From Blastocladiella emersonii ATCC 22665 (lineage: Eukaryota > Fungi > Blastocladiomycota), in assembly GCA_025594325.1 (NCBI GenBank), contig JANHCV010000013.1, positions 310,001-374,000 of the forward strand: a DNA stretch of 64,000 nucleotides, read 5' to 3'. The notes under the pieces were generated by a model. The model was not told the origin of the DNA, ran no database searches, and worked only from the letters and a program-made list of their open reading frames with translations. Shown here one piece after another: positions 43,979 to 55,281 of the stretch (positions within the stretch are counted from its first letter, which is position 1; each line of letters starts with the position of its first letter). The position numbers and the translations under genes are program-made.

Positions 43979-45842
43979 ATGACCATGGATCTCGAAAGCT
44001 CGATTACCATTGCGATCGGTACGCGTCGCCGCACCGCGCTGCGAGCGGTTGGCCCGCCAAGCGGCCAACTCGTTCGTGTCGCTGACACGAACCCCCTCAT
44101 CTTCAGACTTTGGCACTTCGCACTCGGGCTGGGCGCTGCCGACCGTCGGACTTGAGGGCGTAATCAAGCGCAGGCAGCTTTCGGAGATTGGCGCCAACAT
44201 GACCGTCAAGACTTCTTGGCCCGGCGCCGACGAGCCGTATCCGAAAACGCTTTCCGCGGTCCTTTATGACCACGACAAGTCGCCGGTTGCCCGAGGCAAC
44301 GAGGCGCTCAAGACGATGCTTGCGACCAACGATGCCACGCACACGCTGATTCGGCGCGTCAAGCTGCTTCTCGCCGAGGACCGCAAGCATCACGACCCCA
44401 ACATGGAGCGCCTTGGCTTGCAGGCTGTCGACGTGATCGGCGACTTTCTTAGCTTCCTTGTCCATGATATCGAGCAGCACCTCGCCCAGGCCGGCTGGGG
44501 CAGCGTCGACCGGTCCAAGCTTACGTGGTGCATGACGGTCCCTGCAAGGTGGTCCGAAGCCGCCAAGCAGACCATGCGCAAGGCTTCCTTCATGGCCGAA
44601 ATGATTCCCTCGATCGATTCGCCTCAGCTCAAGTTTTGTGTCGAGCCCGAGGCCGCCTTGTTCAACGTCGCCTTGACGAGCGGCTATCTCAAACCTGGCT
44701 CGCGCGCTCTCGTTCTCGACATGGGCGGTGGTACTGTCGACCTTGCTGCTTTTGAGATCGAGGCCTGCGAGACGTCTTGGCATAAGCTTCAACTGTCCGA
44801 GATTACGTCGACCGACGGTCATACTACGGGCTCCACTTACTTTGACGAGGCCTTTGTTCAGTTTGTGCGGAAGCTTGTTGGCGAGGATGCTTACGACAAG
44901 ACCGTGGCAAAGTATCCGGTTGTCGCGGACCACCTGCACCAGCAGTGGGTCAAGGTCAAGCATGCATTCTCAGGCGACGCCGACGACACGATTATTATTC
45001 CTCTCGACGCGCGTCTCATGACGGCGATCCCGAAAACCACGCTTATGGAGCTTGTTCGCAGCAAGGCGCTCGACCACAAAACCCGCGAACTTCGCTTTAC
45101 TGGGCAGACAGTCATCGACTGCTTCAACACGGTGTTCCCCGCCATTTCCAAGATTGCTCGCGACATGATCAACAAGTGTCGGGATGCCGGCAGGCCGGTG
45201 ACGCACTTGGTGTGTGTCGGCGGCTTTTCTTGCATGCCTTACATGCAGGAGCGCATCGAGGCGGATTTTCCTGACCGTTCGCTTGCCATCTACTTTGACG
45301 AACACGCTGCCGACGCTGTGGTTCGTGGGGCGCTCTTGTACGGCCTCAACCCGGAGGTCATGTCAAGCCGGCGTGCCCGTCACTCGTATGGTCTGGAAGT
45401 AGCGACCGTGTTCCGCCGCGGCGTCCATGGCCGCATTCCTGGCCACGAAAAGTACGTGACTGGGACGGGTGCCGGTCAGCGGATCCGGGTCTTCTTCCCC
45501 ATCATCAAGATTGGCGACGAGCTGCCGCTTAACGCACCGCTTCGCAAGTTCTTGCACCCATCGGGTCCCAGCCAAACCATGGTCGAGTTTACGCTCTACG
45601 CTTCCCGTGCGCCTGAGGTGCCGCGGTTTGTCGATGAAACCTGCAAGGTCATGGCCAAGGTCCAGTACAAGTGCAACATGACGCCCAGGTTGTACGAGAT
45701 GGGCACGATGCTTCCGATCGATTTCAGCTTCTCGGATTCATCCATTATGCTCCGCGCGTTTGACCCAACGAACAAGAACGCGGAGTATCGCCAAATCTGC
45801 CCATTCAACCCCTTTGCCCAGCCTGGTCTTGACGGTTTCTAG
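43979..45842 (+). CDS. HSPA12-like atypical Hsp70; intron 44019-44106
   Basis: Spliced IAI|DFGTSHSG, TVPARWSEAAKQTMR, EPEAA, DMGGGTVD, GSTYFDEAF, VGGFS, AVVRGALLYG, RRARHSYG; no canonical Hsp70 substrate-binding domain. Confidence 0.9.
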
Positions 45843-48205
45843 TATCCGATGCATTCTCAGCTCTATCTTTGTTTATTTCGTGATCGTGTTAACAAACTGC
45901 CTTTCAAGCGGCATCTGTTGATGCGATCACCACATTTCAATCGTTGAGTCTCCGACCCGCGCGAGCGATCAACATGTGAGCGAGGCCTCGTCCAATCAGC
46001 GCGGCAACGCGAGCACGTCCACGAGAAGACGATGCAGTGCGGCCACGGAACGTAATTTTCCGCGGCAGAGGCTCCCGATAGTGACAGCAGCACGATACTA
46101 GAGAATGGATCCGCGGCCTCGACCGGATCACGACCGCGAACCGACCCGACGCGACGCGGCGAAGAGGCAGAAGGTCCAGCACAACGAGGGTCAGGTATAT
46201 GAACAGTACTCGAGGGATTTCCACGATCGAGAAGGGAGGAAGAGCGAACTCAGCGACGGCAGCGGCGTCGGTGCAGAAGAGACCGAGAATAGGGTATGAA
46301 GCGGGGAGCGCAGGGTGATGACGATCACGGCCAGCGCGACCAGAGCGGGACGAGCGAGAGAGCGAGGATGGCTGAAAGAGCGGAATGGTAGAGCAGGGCG
46401 ACGAGAGACAGAGCTCCGCGGTGACGAGCGGAGCAGGACTGGGCGAGAAGCTTGATAAATGGATTACAGAGTGACGCGATTCCTTCTTGAGGGGTTACGG
46501 CGCGCAAGAAGCGGCGAACGCACGAGCAGCGGCCAGATACCCGCTGACTAGCCAAACTAGCGACCTCGCTGTTGGTCGCTCATCCGGCTTACACAATGCT
46601 CAAACGAGCAGCTCGATGCAGCTCGGCTCGAGGCTGCTCTTGACCGACCATTCAAGCGCGGTATTCGTCCCACGATCAAAGTCTTGGGCATGAGCATCGG
46701 TTTAGCGTCGCAGCCGCAGGTTCAGGTTGCTGCTCTAGCCGGCGGTCAGGCCTAACATCCGTCCATATGGATGCTTGGGACTGGAGAAGCGATCGCGCTG
46801 GTCAAACCCAAAACCACCTCGTCAAGCAAGTAGGAACGGCCAGCGAAGAAGAGGAGGACGTAGGGCGAGGCATCGCCGACCCGCAGCGGTCCGCCACTGA
46901 GGGTTCGGACGTGCTACGCTCAAAGACTCCCCTCCAACATCTATTGCTGGCCTCAAGGGCAATAGCGGGGCCCAGAGGGGGCGAGACATCGGTCGTACAA
47001 GCGAGGGCATGGGAGCGCGGGTAACGAGGACTCGGAGTCGGGCTCGAGCTCAGGCGACGTCGTGGGGGTCGGTGCTGCGCGGGCACGATGCGGACGTCGC
47101 ATGGCACGATCTCACATCCTCTCGAGGAGCACATAAGGCAAGCGTTGCATGGTGTGAGCTCATCGTGGCGGCGTTACATGGCAGAGTGAGCGAGCGTGGG
47201 AAGGAGAGCGAGAGCGCATGTGAGACAGCAGCAGCTGAGACCTGTGGCGCGCGCTTGTGAGACCGTCTCGCGTCACGCACATCGCGTCTCAGTCGCACGC
47301 TCGCTCGCCGTGTCACCCCAGCATGGAGCATACCACGATGAAAGACTCTATGCATCGCGATGAACAACCGACTGGGACGCCATTCCCGTCGCTTGCCCCA
47401 CCGCCGGCCGACTTGGTCCAAGGTGAACGACTCAGCTCGCGGCGATCCCACCACGCTGTTCCTGCTTTCCCACGCGACACATTTCTGGACGTCGGCGTCT
47501 TGGACTCTGCATCTGCCTCACTCTTCGAAAGTGCCGGTCTTACGATCGATCCAATGCACTCCGAGTCGTTGCCCGTCGCCGCGACGTTGCAACGGCGACT
47601 CGCTTGACATGACGGCTCGCCGTCGACCTCACCCTACTCTGCTCGCAGATTGACGAGGTTGCTCGCTGCGATCTCGTTCTTGCCCTTGTCTTTGCTCCGG
47701 ATTTGGTCGCAATTGGCAAACTGTGCGTATTGGTCATCTTATTCCCGTCTTGCTTGATCCGACCACGCTCCTCCTAGCGGCGATACGGATTGAATGCTCA
47801 GCTCTGTGCCGCTCATGGGCGAGGACGCTGAGTGCGGCAAGATCGTCAAGTTTATCGTCTCGGGCACGGTCAGCACGCACGATCTCCAATGCTTTCGCTC
47901 TCGCCGCTAAGAGCCCGCGCTGCGTCCCTCTCGCTCTCAAGCATTGCCGCCATTCGTTTGCCGCCGATCGTCTCAAGTCTTACAGTAGCAAGAGTAACTC
48001 GTGCTACTTTCGGGCGTCGGTGAGTGCGAGGTCGCGGAGAAAGCTCTCCCGCTCCAGCTCACAAACCGACTGTTTGGACGTGCTTTCTATCGAGATACGC
48101 ACAGCGTAACCGTTGATTTGATTGATTCATAAACACAACAGCTTGGAGCGGCCCCGTTGACAGGCGACAGCCGGTGGTAGTGGTGGTGGCAGCAGCAGTA
48201 CCGTG

Positions 48206-49162
48206 TCACTGCTCCTGAAGCTGCTTGAAGAGCGGGGAGCCGACAATCGGAACTGGTTCGAGGGGCTCGCTCACCGGCGGCTGCTGGTCGAAGACTTGAT
48301 CCGTTTGAGTGCTCGTCGGGGCATAGCCCGTCTGCGACGGCAGCAGCGTCGAGGAAGGATAGACAACGACGAGGGCGCGGTACGTGGCGAGGTTCGGCTT
48401 CTCGGTGCCAGCAGCGCTTACGTGCGGGAAGAGCGCAAAGGCGACGCGCGCAGCGGCCAGATCCAGCTCGGCGCCGCGGGGCCGATAGAGGCAGCCGGCC
48501 GGCGGCTGTGACAGCTGCGGATCGAAGCGCGAGTGCGGCGCGGGCCACTCGAGCACGTACTTGGGGTGCACGACGCGGACAACGGCAAACGCGAGCGCGA
48601 GCGCGACGGTCGCACTCTTGATCCGCTTCACGTCGCCCGCGCGGGCGCGCGGGTCTGCGCCGCCGCAGCACTCGCGCAAGGCGTCCATGGCGGCCTCGGC
48701 GACCTGGTCGACGAGCGCGGTCAGCTGCTCGCACAGCGGGCGGTGGCCGATCCCGCGCTGCTCGCTGCGCGAGAGGTCGAACCACAGGCGGCGCGCGTCG
48801 GTGCGGACCTTGGCGCTCCCGCTCGGGAACCAGCCAACAAAGTGGTCGACGACGGTGCGCGAGATGACTGCGGCGAGGTAGCTCCGCGTCTCAGCGTTTG
48901 CGGCAGCGTGGGCGGGAGACGGCGCCGCAAAGGTGGATCCGTCCGTCAGCGCAGCAAAGGAGGCGGCCAGCTCGCGCTCAAGGTGAAGCGCAGCGGCATC
49001 GAGCGAGCCCGGGTGGTAGTGCGTGTACGAGTTGACGGCCGCGTCGAGCCGCGCGAGGGCAAGGCTCGCGGCCAAGTGAATCGTGCTGCGGTTGAAGTCC
49101 ATGGACTCCATGAGCGTGGGCTCGCCGACCATTGGCGCATTCATCACTGAGTGTGGTTCCAT
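48206..49162 (-). CDS. Hypothetical protein (318 aa)
   Basis: Intact ATG-started ORF with coding bias; helical region followed by WPAPHSRFDP...VAFALFP...YRALVVV. Confidence 0.6.
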   Translation of the reverse strand: MEPHSVMNAPMVGEPTLMESMDFNRSTIHLAASLALARLDAAVNSYTHYHPGSLDAAALHLERELAASFAALTDGSTFAAPSPAHAAANAETRSYLAAVISRTVVDHFVGWFPSGSAKVRTDARRLWFDLSRSEQRGIGHRPLCEQLTALVDQVAEAAMDALRECCGGADPRARAGDVKRIKSATVALALAFAVVRVVHPKYVLEWPAPHSRFDPQLSQPPAGCLYRPRGAELDLAAARVAFALFPHVSAAGTEKPNLATYRALVVVYPSSTLLPSQTGYAPTSTQTDQVFDQQPPVSEPLEPVPIVGSPLFKQLQEQ

Positions 49163-49638
49163 GGTCGCTGATTCGTAAGGAGAGGATTGTATCGCTTTCT
49201 ATGCGATCTTCCTTCGTTCGAGTATGAGCGAGCGAGGATTTGTTGGCACGGTGGAACTGCGGACCGCTCTGGTCAGTGAAGAGGCAAGCGGTGCGGTGCT
49301 CGCGCCTGTTTGCGGTGCTAGCCGCTACGGTGCAAAGACATCATGGTGGTGGTGGCCAACGGCGTCCATCCTCGGTGCGCGCGCCGCGCCACACTCGCGA
49401 GGGACTTACGCGGTGGTCCAAGGCGCGATGTCGTGTGTGGTTGGATCCGCGAGCGATGCTTCACCCTTACGGCGGCGATCAGTTCCGTTCGTGAGCTATC
49501 TCATGATGGCTCGCCGACTTGCTGGTCATCGACGTGTAGAGAAGCAAGTAACACAAACGAAGCTTTGATCGTATTTTATTCATGAGCGTGAGAACTTTGG
49601 TCAGGCCGCTCGCGCGCGCGTCAACAATGAACAGATGC

Positions 49639-50811
49639 TCACTCGTCGCACCCGTCATTGACGTCAACGTCATCGTCATCATCATCCTCGTCCTTGTCGT
49701 CCTCCTCATCGACATCGGCTTCGTCGCCGTCGACTGGATCGAGGTCATGGTCATCCTCGGACTCATCCTCCTCCTCTTCCTTCTCTTCGGTTTCCTGCTC
49801 GCGCGAGCGGGCGTGGTCGCCGTCGCGGTCGCCATCACCTGCGTTCGCGTCGTGCGACGTCCCGTCTCCAAACCGGCCCGAGGTGCGGCCCAGGTCAGCA
49901 CCATCAACATCGTTGTCGAGCTCCTCCTCCTCACCATCGACACCGGCATCCTTCTCGTCGCCGTCCTCCTCCTTGGCAGCACCGTCATCGCGCTGCTGGC
50001 GACTCGCCTCCTGCTCCTCCTGTTCATCGACATCGTTCTTGGACTTGTCGTCCGCTCCGTCCCGCTGCCCGTCCTCCTTGTCCTCGGCGTCCTTGTTGAC
50101 CGTGTGGGCGAACCCGGCCACGCCAACGATCGAGCCCAGCATCATGGCAAACGGCGAGACGATGCCCGCGTTCTCCTTGAGCTTCTCCTTGAAGGTCTGC
50201 AGGCCGCGCGACTGGGTCTGGAGGTCAAAGTTGGCCGCGCGCTCGGGCACGAGCGTGAAGATGGCGTCCTCGCCGGCGATGCCGCTGACCGCGTCGCCCT
50301 TGAGGCGCGCCACGAGCGGCGAGTTGCGCGCGAACCGGCCCGACTTGGACCGCTCGATCACGAGCCGCTTGTTCGACTTGAAGTGGGTCAGCGACACGGC
50401 GAGCTGGCTGCTCGGGTCCTTGGTGAGGCGCCACAGCACGCCGTCCGAGTTGCCGTCGTCCGAGGTCGCAAACTGCCCGCCCGAGTTGGCCGACAGGAGC
50501 CGCCCCGAGCGCGAGTCGAGGATCACGACGATCTGCTCGCGGCCCATCTTGCCGTCGAGGTGCTTGAGCGTCGGCTTGCTGCCGTCATTCGGGTCGGTGA
50601 CGACGGCGAGGAACTCGAAGAAGGCGATCTTGCCCGGCTCGCGCAGCGGGTCGGCCTTGCCCACGGTCAGGTCGAGCCCCATGGCCTTCTCGGCCGACGT
50701 CGCGAGGATGAACGACTCGCGGTCCTTGTTCTCAGCTGTAGCTTTAGCGAAGCTGAGTTTCTGTTTGAGCAATTGAAACCCATCAGAGACATCAACCTTC
50801 ACGTGAACCAA
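49639..50811 (-). CDS. Hypothetical protein with beta-rich N-terminal half and very acidic tail (start uncertain)
   Basis: 390-aa frame with strong coding bias; D/E-rich C-terminal ~110 aa. Confidence 0.6.
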   Translation of the reverse strand: MVHVKVDVSDGFQLLKQKLSFAKATAENKDRESFILATSAEKAMGLDLTVGKADPLREPGKIAFFEFLAVVTDPNDGSKPTLKHLDGKMGREQIVVILDSRSGRLLSANSGGQFATSDDGNSDGVLWRLTKDPSSQLAVSLTHFKSNKRLVIERSKSGRFARNSPLVARLKGDAVSGIAGEDAIFTLVPERAANFDLQTQSRGLQTFKEKLKENAGIVSPFAMMLGSIVGVAGFAHTVNKDAEDKEDGQRDGADDKSKNDVDEQEEQEASRQQRDDGAAKEEDGDEKDAGVDGEEEELDNDVDGADLGRTSGRFGDGTSHDANAGDGDRDGDHARSREQETEEKEEEEDESEDDHDLDPVDGDEADVDEEDDKDEDDDDDDVDVNDGCDE

Positions 50812-52552
50812 GCTTCGTCTGCAGTTCTGGCCCCCGACCCCAACTCTCTTGGTCTAGCTCTCATTCCAAGTCCCCGACTCCCCGCATTGGCCTCAGCTCT
50901 GTGTAATAAAAATTCTGACACTGCTTATTTGACGAGGCGACCTACTTGAAAGTTTTCAAATGTGCGTCAACCTGGAGTGACAGTGGAGCGGTCGGTCGGT
51001 GCTGTCTCCCACTGCTGCGCCACCCGCTGAGCCACCCGCTGAGCCACCGCTCTCCGACCCCGCCTGCAGCTCCGTCGCCAACCGTTACGACCGCTTTCGA
51101 ACAACAATCAGCGCAGCATCAAGGTCGCGCAAAAAATCATTTTGAAACACCCGGCGCAAAATATAGGTCCTCTATTTCCGCTGGTTCCCTTAACTGTCTT
51201 CAATCCGGCCGCCCGAACTTTCGCGCTTCGGTCCGCCTTTGTCTTTCTCTTTAGGCGCAAAAAAGTCTAGAGTTCGTGAATCGCCCATTTACCGAGATAG
51301 TACAAGGTCATGGATCTGGGTCATCGTTCGCAAGTAAATGATTTCATTGTTGGCGATGGGTAGCGTCTACATAGCGATTACTGAGGGGTAGCGATGACGT
51401 GACGTACACATTGACTGGAGAAAGCTCAACATGCACGCAGCAAGGCGAGAACGGTGCGACGCGAGCCCGAAACATAGGTTTCAGGCGGCGAGAACGACTC
51501 CGAGGATCCACGACCACGACTGGATCACGCCAGCTAACCGAGCCTAGCCCGGCGATAAAGAAGAAGGCTCATCAGCTTCAGGCGTGTACGCGCCCACTGC
51601 ATCATACTGAAAGTAGCCAGCCGCGAATCGTGCTCGACACCGCGTACCGCGTACCGCGTTGTGCGGGTCAACCTGCGCGACACAATTCTTTCTCGCTCCA
51701 ACGCGTCGTTGACGAGGTTACGGGCGAGGCGCACATGCGCATCGTTGACGTGATCGACGTCAAGGACTGGCCCTGCGTCAAGATCCCCTTGGGCTCGATC
51801 CTGATCGCTGGTCAGACGTCGGCCGCGTGCGAAAGATCCTCACGGCGACGCTCGTTGCGTTCCGCTCAATAGCCATCGCCCAGAACGCGAGTTAGGGTGA
51901 CGCCCATACACTGCGGCGCTTCACGACGTCGTCCAAATTATCCAAGTTTGTTATTTACCTTGCCGCCCACTGCAACACACCGCGCTTGATCCGTCACGCG
52001 CCGACCAGCAACCCAGCGACCGTCGCTGCCGCGGACCTGGCCTTGGCCTTCTCGTCAGTGGCTTCTTCGTTTGCGAAGGGTGCCGCCGATGCAGCCTCGT
52101 ACCAGTTCGGCCTGGTGGATCGCAAGCTTACGAACCGCAACACAGAAAGCACACGGCGGGAACAGGTGCGTGAGGTCGACTGGTTCTTAGACTGCTTCTC
52201 ATGGACCGGGACCATGAGCAGGTGCTCGGGCGAACGTTCTCTCCAGCAAGGCTGCGGACGATCCGCGCTCAGGAACAAGGCGGCGTGGGCGGCCGCGACC
52301 TTGGCCACGAGGGCTTCTCCCGCTCCTCAACTTTGTTAACTCAGTTAACTTAACTGGCACGGACTTTTGGGCAGCCAGCGCGACATGTTTGAGTCCAGCC
52401 TCACTTCCGACCATGAGCCACGGCTAGAGTGTTTGCTCAACCGAATAACGTGATTTTCTGCCGAGTTAGTTGTACCTGCGCTGCTATTCTCATCATCGAC
52501 ACGTCAGACTTAAGCTACAGCTGAGACCCAAGTGTGTGCGCAGCACACACAC

Positions 52553-53531
52553 CTAGTACTGGATGGCCGCGGGCAGCGCGAGCTCGATGCCGTGGTTGCC
52601 CTTCTTCTTGAAGTTGGCCAGCGCTGAACCCGCGGACTCGGACGTGAGCGCCTGCTTGGCCTCGTCGGCCGACGCGAGCACCATGGCGGCAGCCGGCGTG
52701 GGCTTCTTTGCGGCAGCCGCACTGGCGGCGGCTTGCCCCGCGGGGACGCCAGGACGAGCAGCGGCAGCGGGAACACCAGGACGAGCAGCGGCAGCCGGTG
52801 CAACGACCGCAGCGGGCGCGGCGGCGACGTTGACCTTGGGCACGGGCGCGGACGGCATGTGCTTGCGGAGCGAGATGCCGATCAGCGACGCGGTCTCGGT
52901 CGTCGGGACCATGCCCGGCTTGCCGTTCTTGATGCCCAGCGAGAACTCGGGCTTGGCGCTGGACACGAGCGAGTAGACGCCAGGCTTGCCGGCCATTTCC
53001 TACACATGACGTGTTGATTACGAGCGAGTGCGTCAGCGTGGGTTCGAGAACAGAGTAGTGTAGACTCGAACGAGCGTGGAAGGACAGCGAGGCCGCGGCC
53101 GATCCCATCCAACCAAAAAGGAGCCAAGGATCAAGGCGAAAACGTACGACAAGGGTCCAGCTCTGCGCCGGAATCGCCTTCATGCACGGGAACAGCTTCA
53201 TCCCGACAACGTTGCCGAGGTACATGCGCTGGCCGGGGTAGTGCAGCCCGACCAACGCCTTCTCGGCGGCCAGCCGAGCCAGATCCTCGGGCTTGGACAC
53301 GGCCTCGGCGACCGTGTTGTTGACGATCGGGCGGACCGACGCCTCCATGAGCGGCTGCGACCACGCGGCGAGCTTGGCGAACTTGGTGACGCCGCGCTCG
53401 AGAGCGAGCACCGTCTCGCCGCCGGCGCTGTCGGCGGGGACCACGACGGACACGTAGGACAGGCCCTCGGTCGAGTACGGCGGCGGGTTGGTGTTGTTGC
53501 CGGCGGCAGCAGCGGGCGCCGTTGTCATCAT
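52553..53531 (-). CDS. Hypothetical protein, two exons, Ala/Pro-rich linker
   Basis: Coding-biased exon from ATG 53531; acceptor TAG 53000-53002 with upstream CTGAC leads into EMAGKPGVYSLVSS...; donor not identified with certainty. Confidence 0.55.
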
Positions 53532-54300
53532 CTTGTGGGTTGCGAGCGTCGAAAGCGGTGCGGGTAGGTTTGGCTGCTACGTGGTTCCCTCGGATACGAG
53601 GATGGGGAGAATCGATGCGAGTTGGAAGGCGGGCGGGTTTTATAAGCGCGACCCGTGCTCGAAGCGGTGTGCAGCGCCCGCCGCGGTCAGCGCGACACGA
53701 GGCCGAGCCAGGCACCCGCGCACACGCACCGCATCCGCGCACGCGGTGCTCAGAACAGTATCGAGTGCCGGGCACCACGCACCACGCGCTTTCGTGGCCT
53801 CTCACAGTGCAACGCGCGTTCTTAGATGTTTCCTTCCCGCACTTGCAAGATTCACTGTTCGTCGTGTGAACTAGCGCGCCGCCATACCTCTGTCTGTGTG
53901 AAGAGAACCTTTCGTCCTGATGGGTCGAGGCCATGGATACACGATGTGTTTGGAGGAATGTATCGGGAGTTCGCGAGACTTTGCCATCTGCTGCACGTCT
54001 ACCGAGCACGTCAGGTCTTGGGTGATCGTGGGCCGTCCCAAAATCGACACATGACTGTGGAAGCTCATGTCATGGCTCTCAAAATTGCCGAGAACGCATC
54101 CCTGTTGTTCGCACCGGCCGGGCAGACGCCGTGAACGTGTGACGCGACAGATTTCGGTAGTTGACAACGCGACTGCTCCGTCCTGGGCCACGGCGCGCTG
54201 ACCGGCACCAAAGGTAAACGCTACGAGTTTTCCTCCCGAGAAAAATGCGGTGAGGATCGTCGAAGACTCGCAAGCAAGAGCGGGGCGAGAGACGCGGTGC

Positions 54301-54325
54301 GAGACGCGACGATCAATCATGTAAC
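54301..54325 (-). promoter_or_regulatory. Composite motif copy 6
   Basis: Reverse complement GTTACATGA TTGATC GTCGCGTCTC; 20 nt identical to copy 4. Confidence 0.45.
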
Positions 54326-55281
54326 CCGAGTTCAAAACACCATCGAGCCGTCCAGCGCCTCGAGCACGCTGGCATGCTCTCGCACCTCCGCCCTTGCAGC
54401 GGCAGGCACTAAATGCAAACAACATGAAAACTTGAAGCAAACCACTCCGGACCTCCAGGACTACTCCGTCGTGCAACCCGTGCGGCGCTTGCGTTTCCGC
54501 AAAACCTGGACAGGGAGACCTCCTTGCGTTATGTACCCGCACACTTTAGTTCGGGCACTGGGCCAATTCCACCACTTTACCACTCTCATACGATTGACGT
54601 TTCGCGCCTCGAAGTCGAGGTGGCGGCGCTCGATTGCCGTGGATCCTGCCCGCTCGTGACCACCCGCGCACACGAGCCGACGCTACTTCGGTGTCGGCGC
54701 CTGCATCGCTCTTGCTAGAGTACTCCACCCTCAACCGACTGGGCGGTGTTTTTCAGACCGCCACGTATCGAGCTGCGCATCAGTTTGCTCCTGCTCTCGC
54801 TGCGCTCGCTAAAAAGGGTTGCACATTGATTGTGCGGCTGGGCGCATCCCAACCTTTGCGTAAGACGACCGCTTTGGAATATGAGCGTACCAAATGACCG
54901 GGGGTGACCGCCGTCGCGGTCTTGACGGTGCTCGCCGATATCGTCGTCCCGGACGCAACGAGCATACGTTGCTCCCCGCCCGGTTTCATCTGCTAAGCTC
55001 TTTCTCATGTGTTCGCTAGTTGCGCTCGAGTCACGACGAGTGGAATGCGCTGATGTTCGGCCGCTTCCGCTCTGCTGCTCGGTGCGCCTCTTCGCGCTTG
55101 GCGATAAGAGCGTTGGAACCGCTGACGTACTCAAGATGCTCGCACGCCCGGACTTGGACCAGGTTCAGCCACGATCACCGTCACTCAATCATAGAGCAAA
55201 AGTCCATCAAAAAACAACATAAACACACGTTTCTTTTTCGTTTGGCAGATCTCATTGAGCGCGTGTCGGGTCAATCAACAA

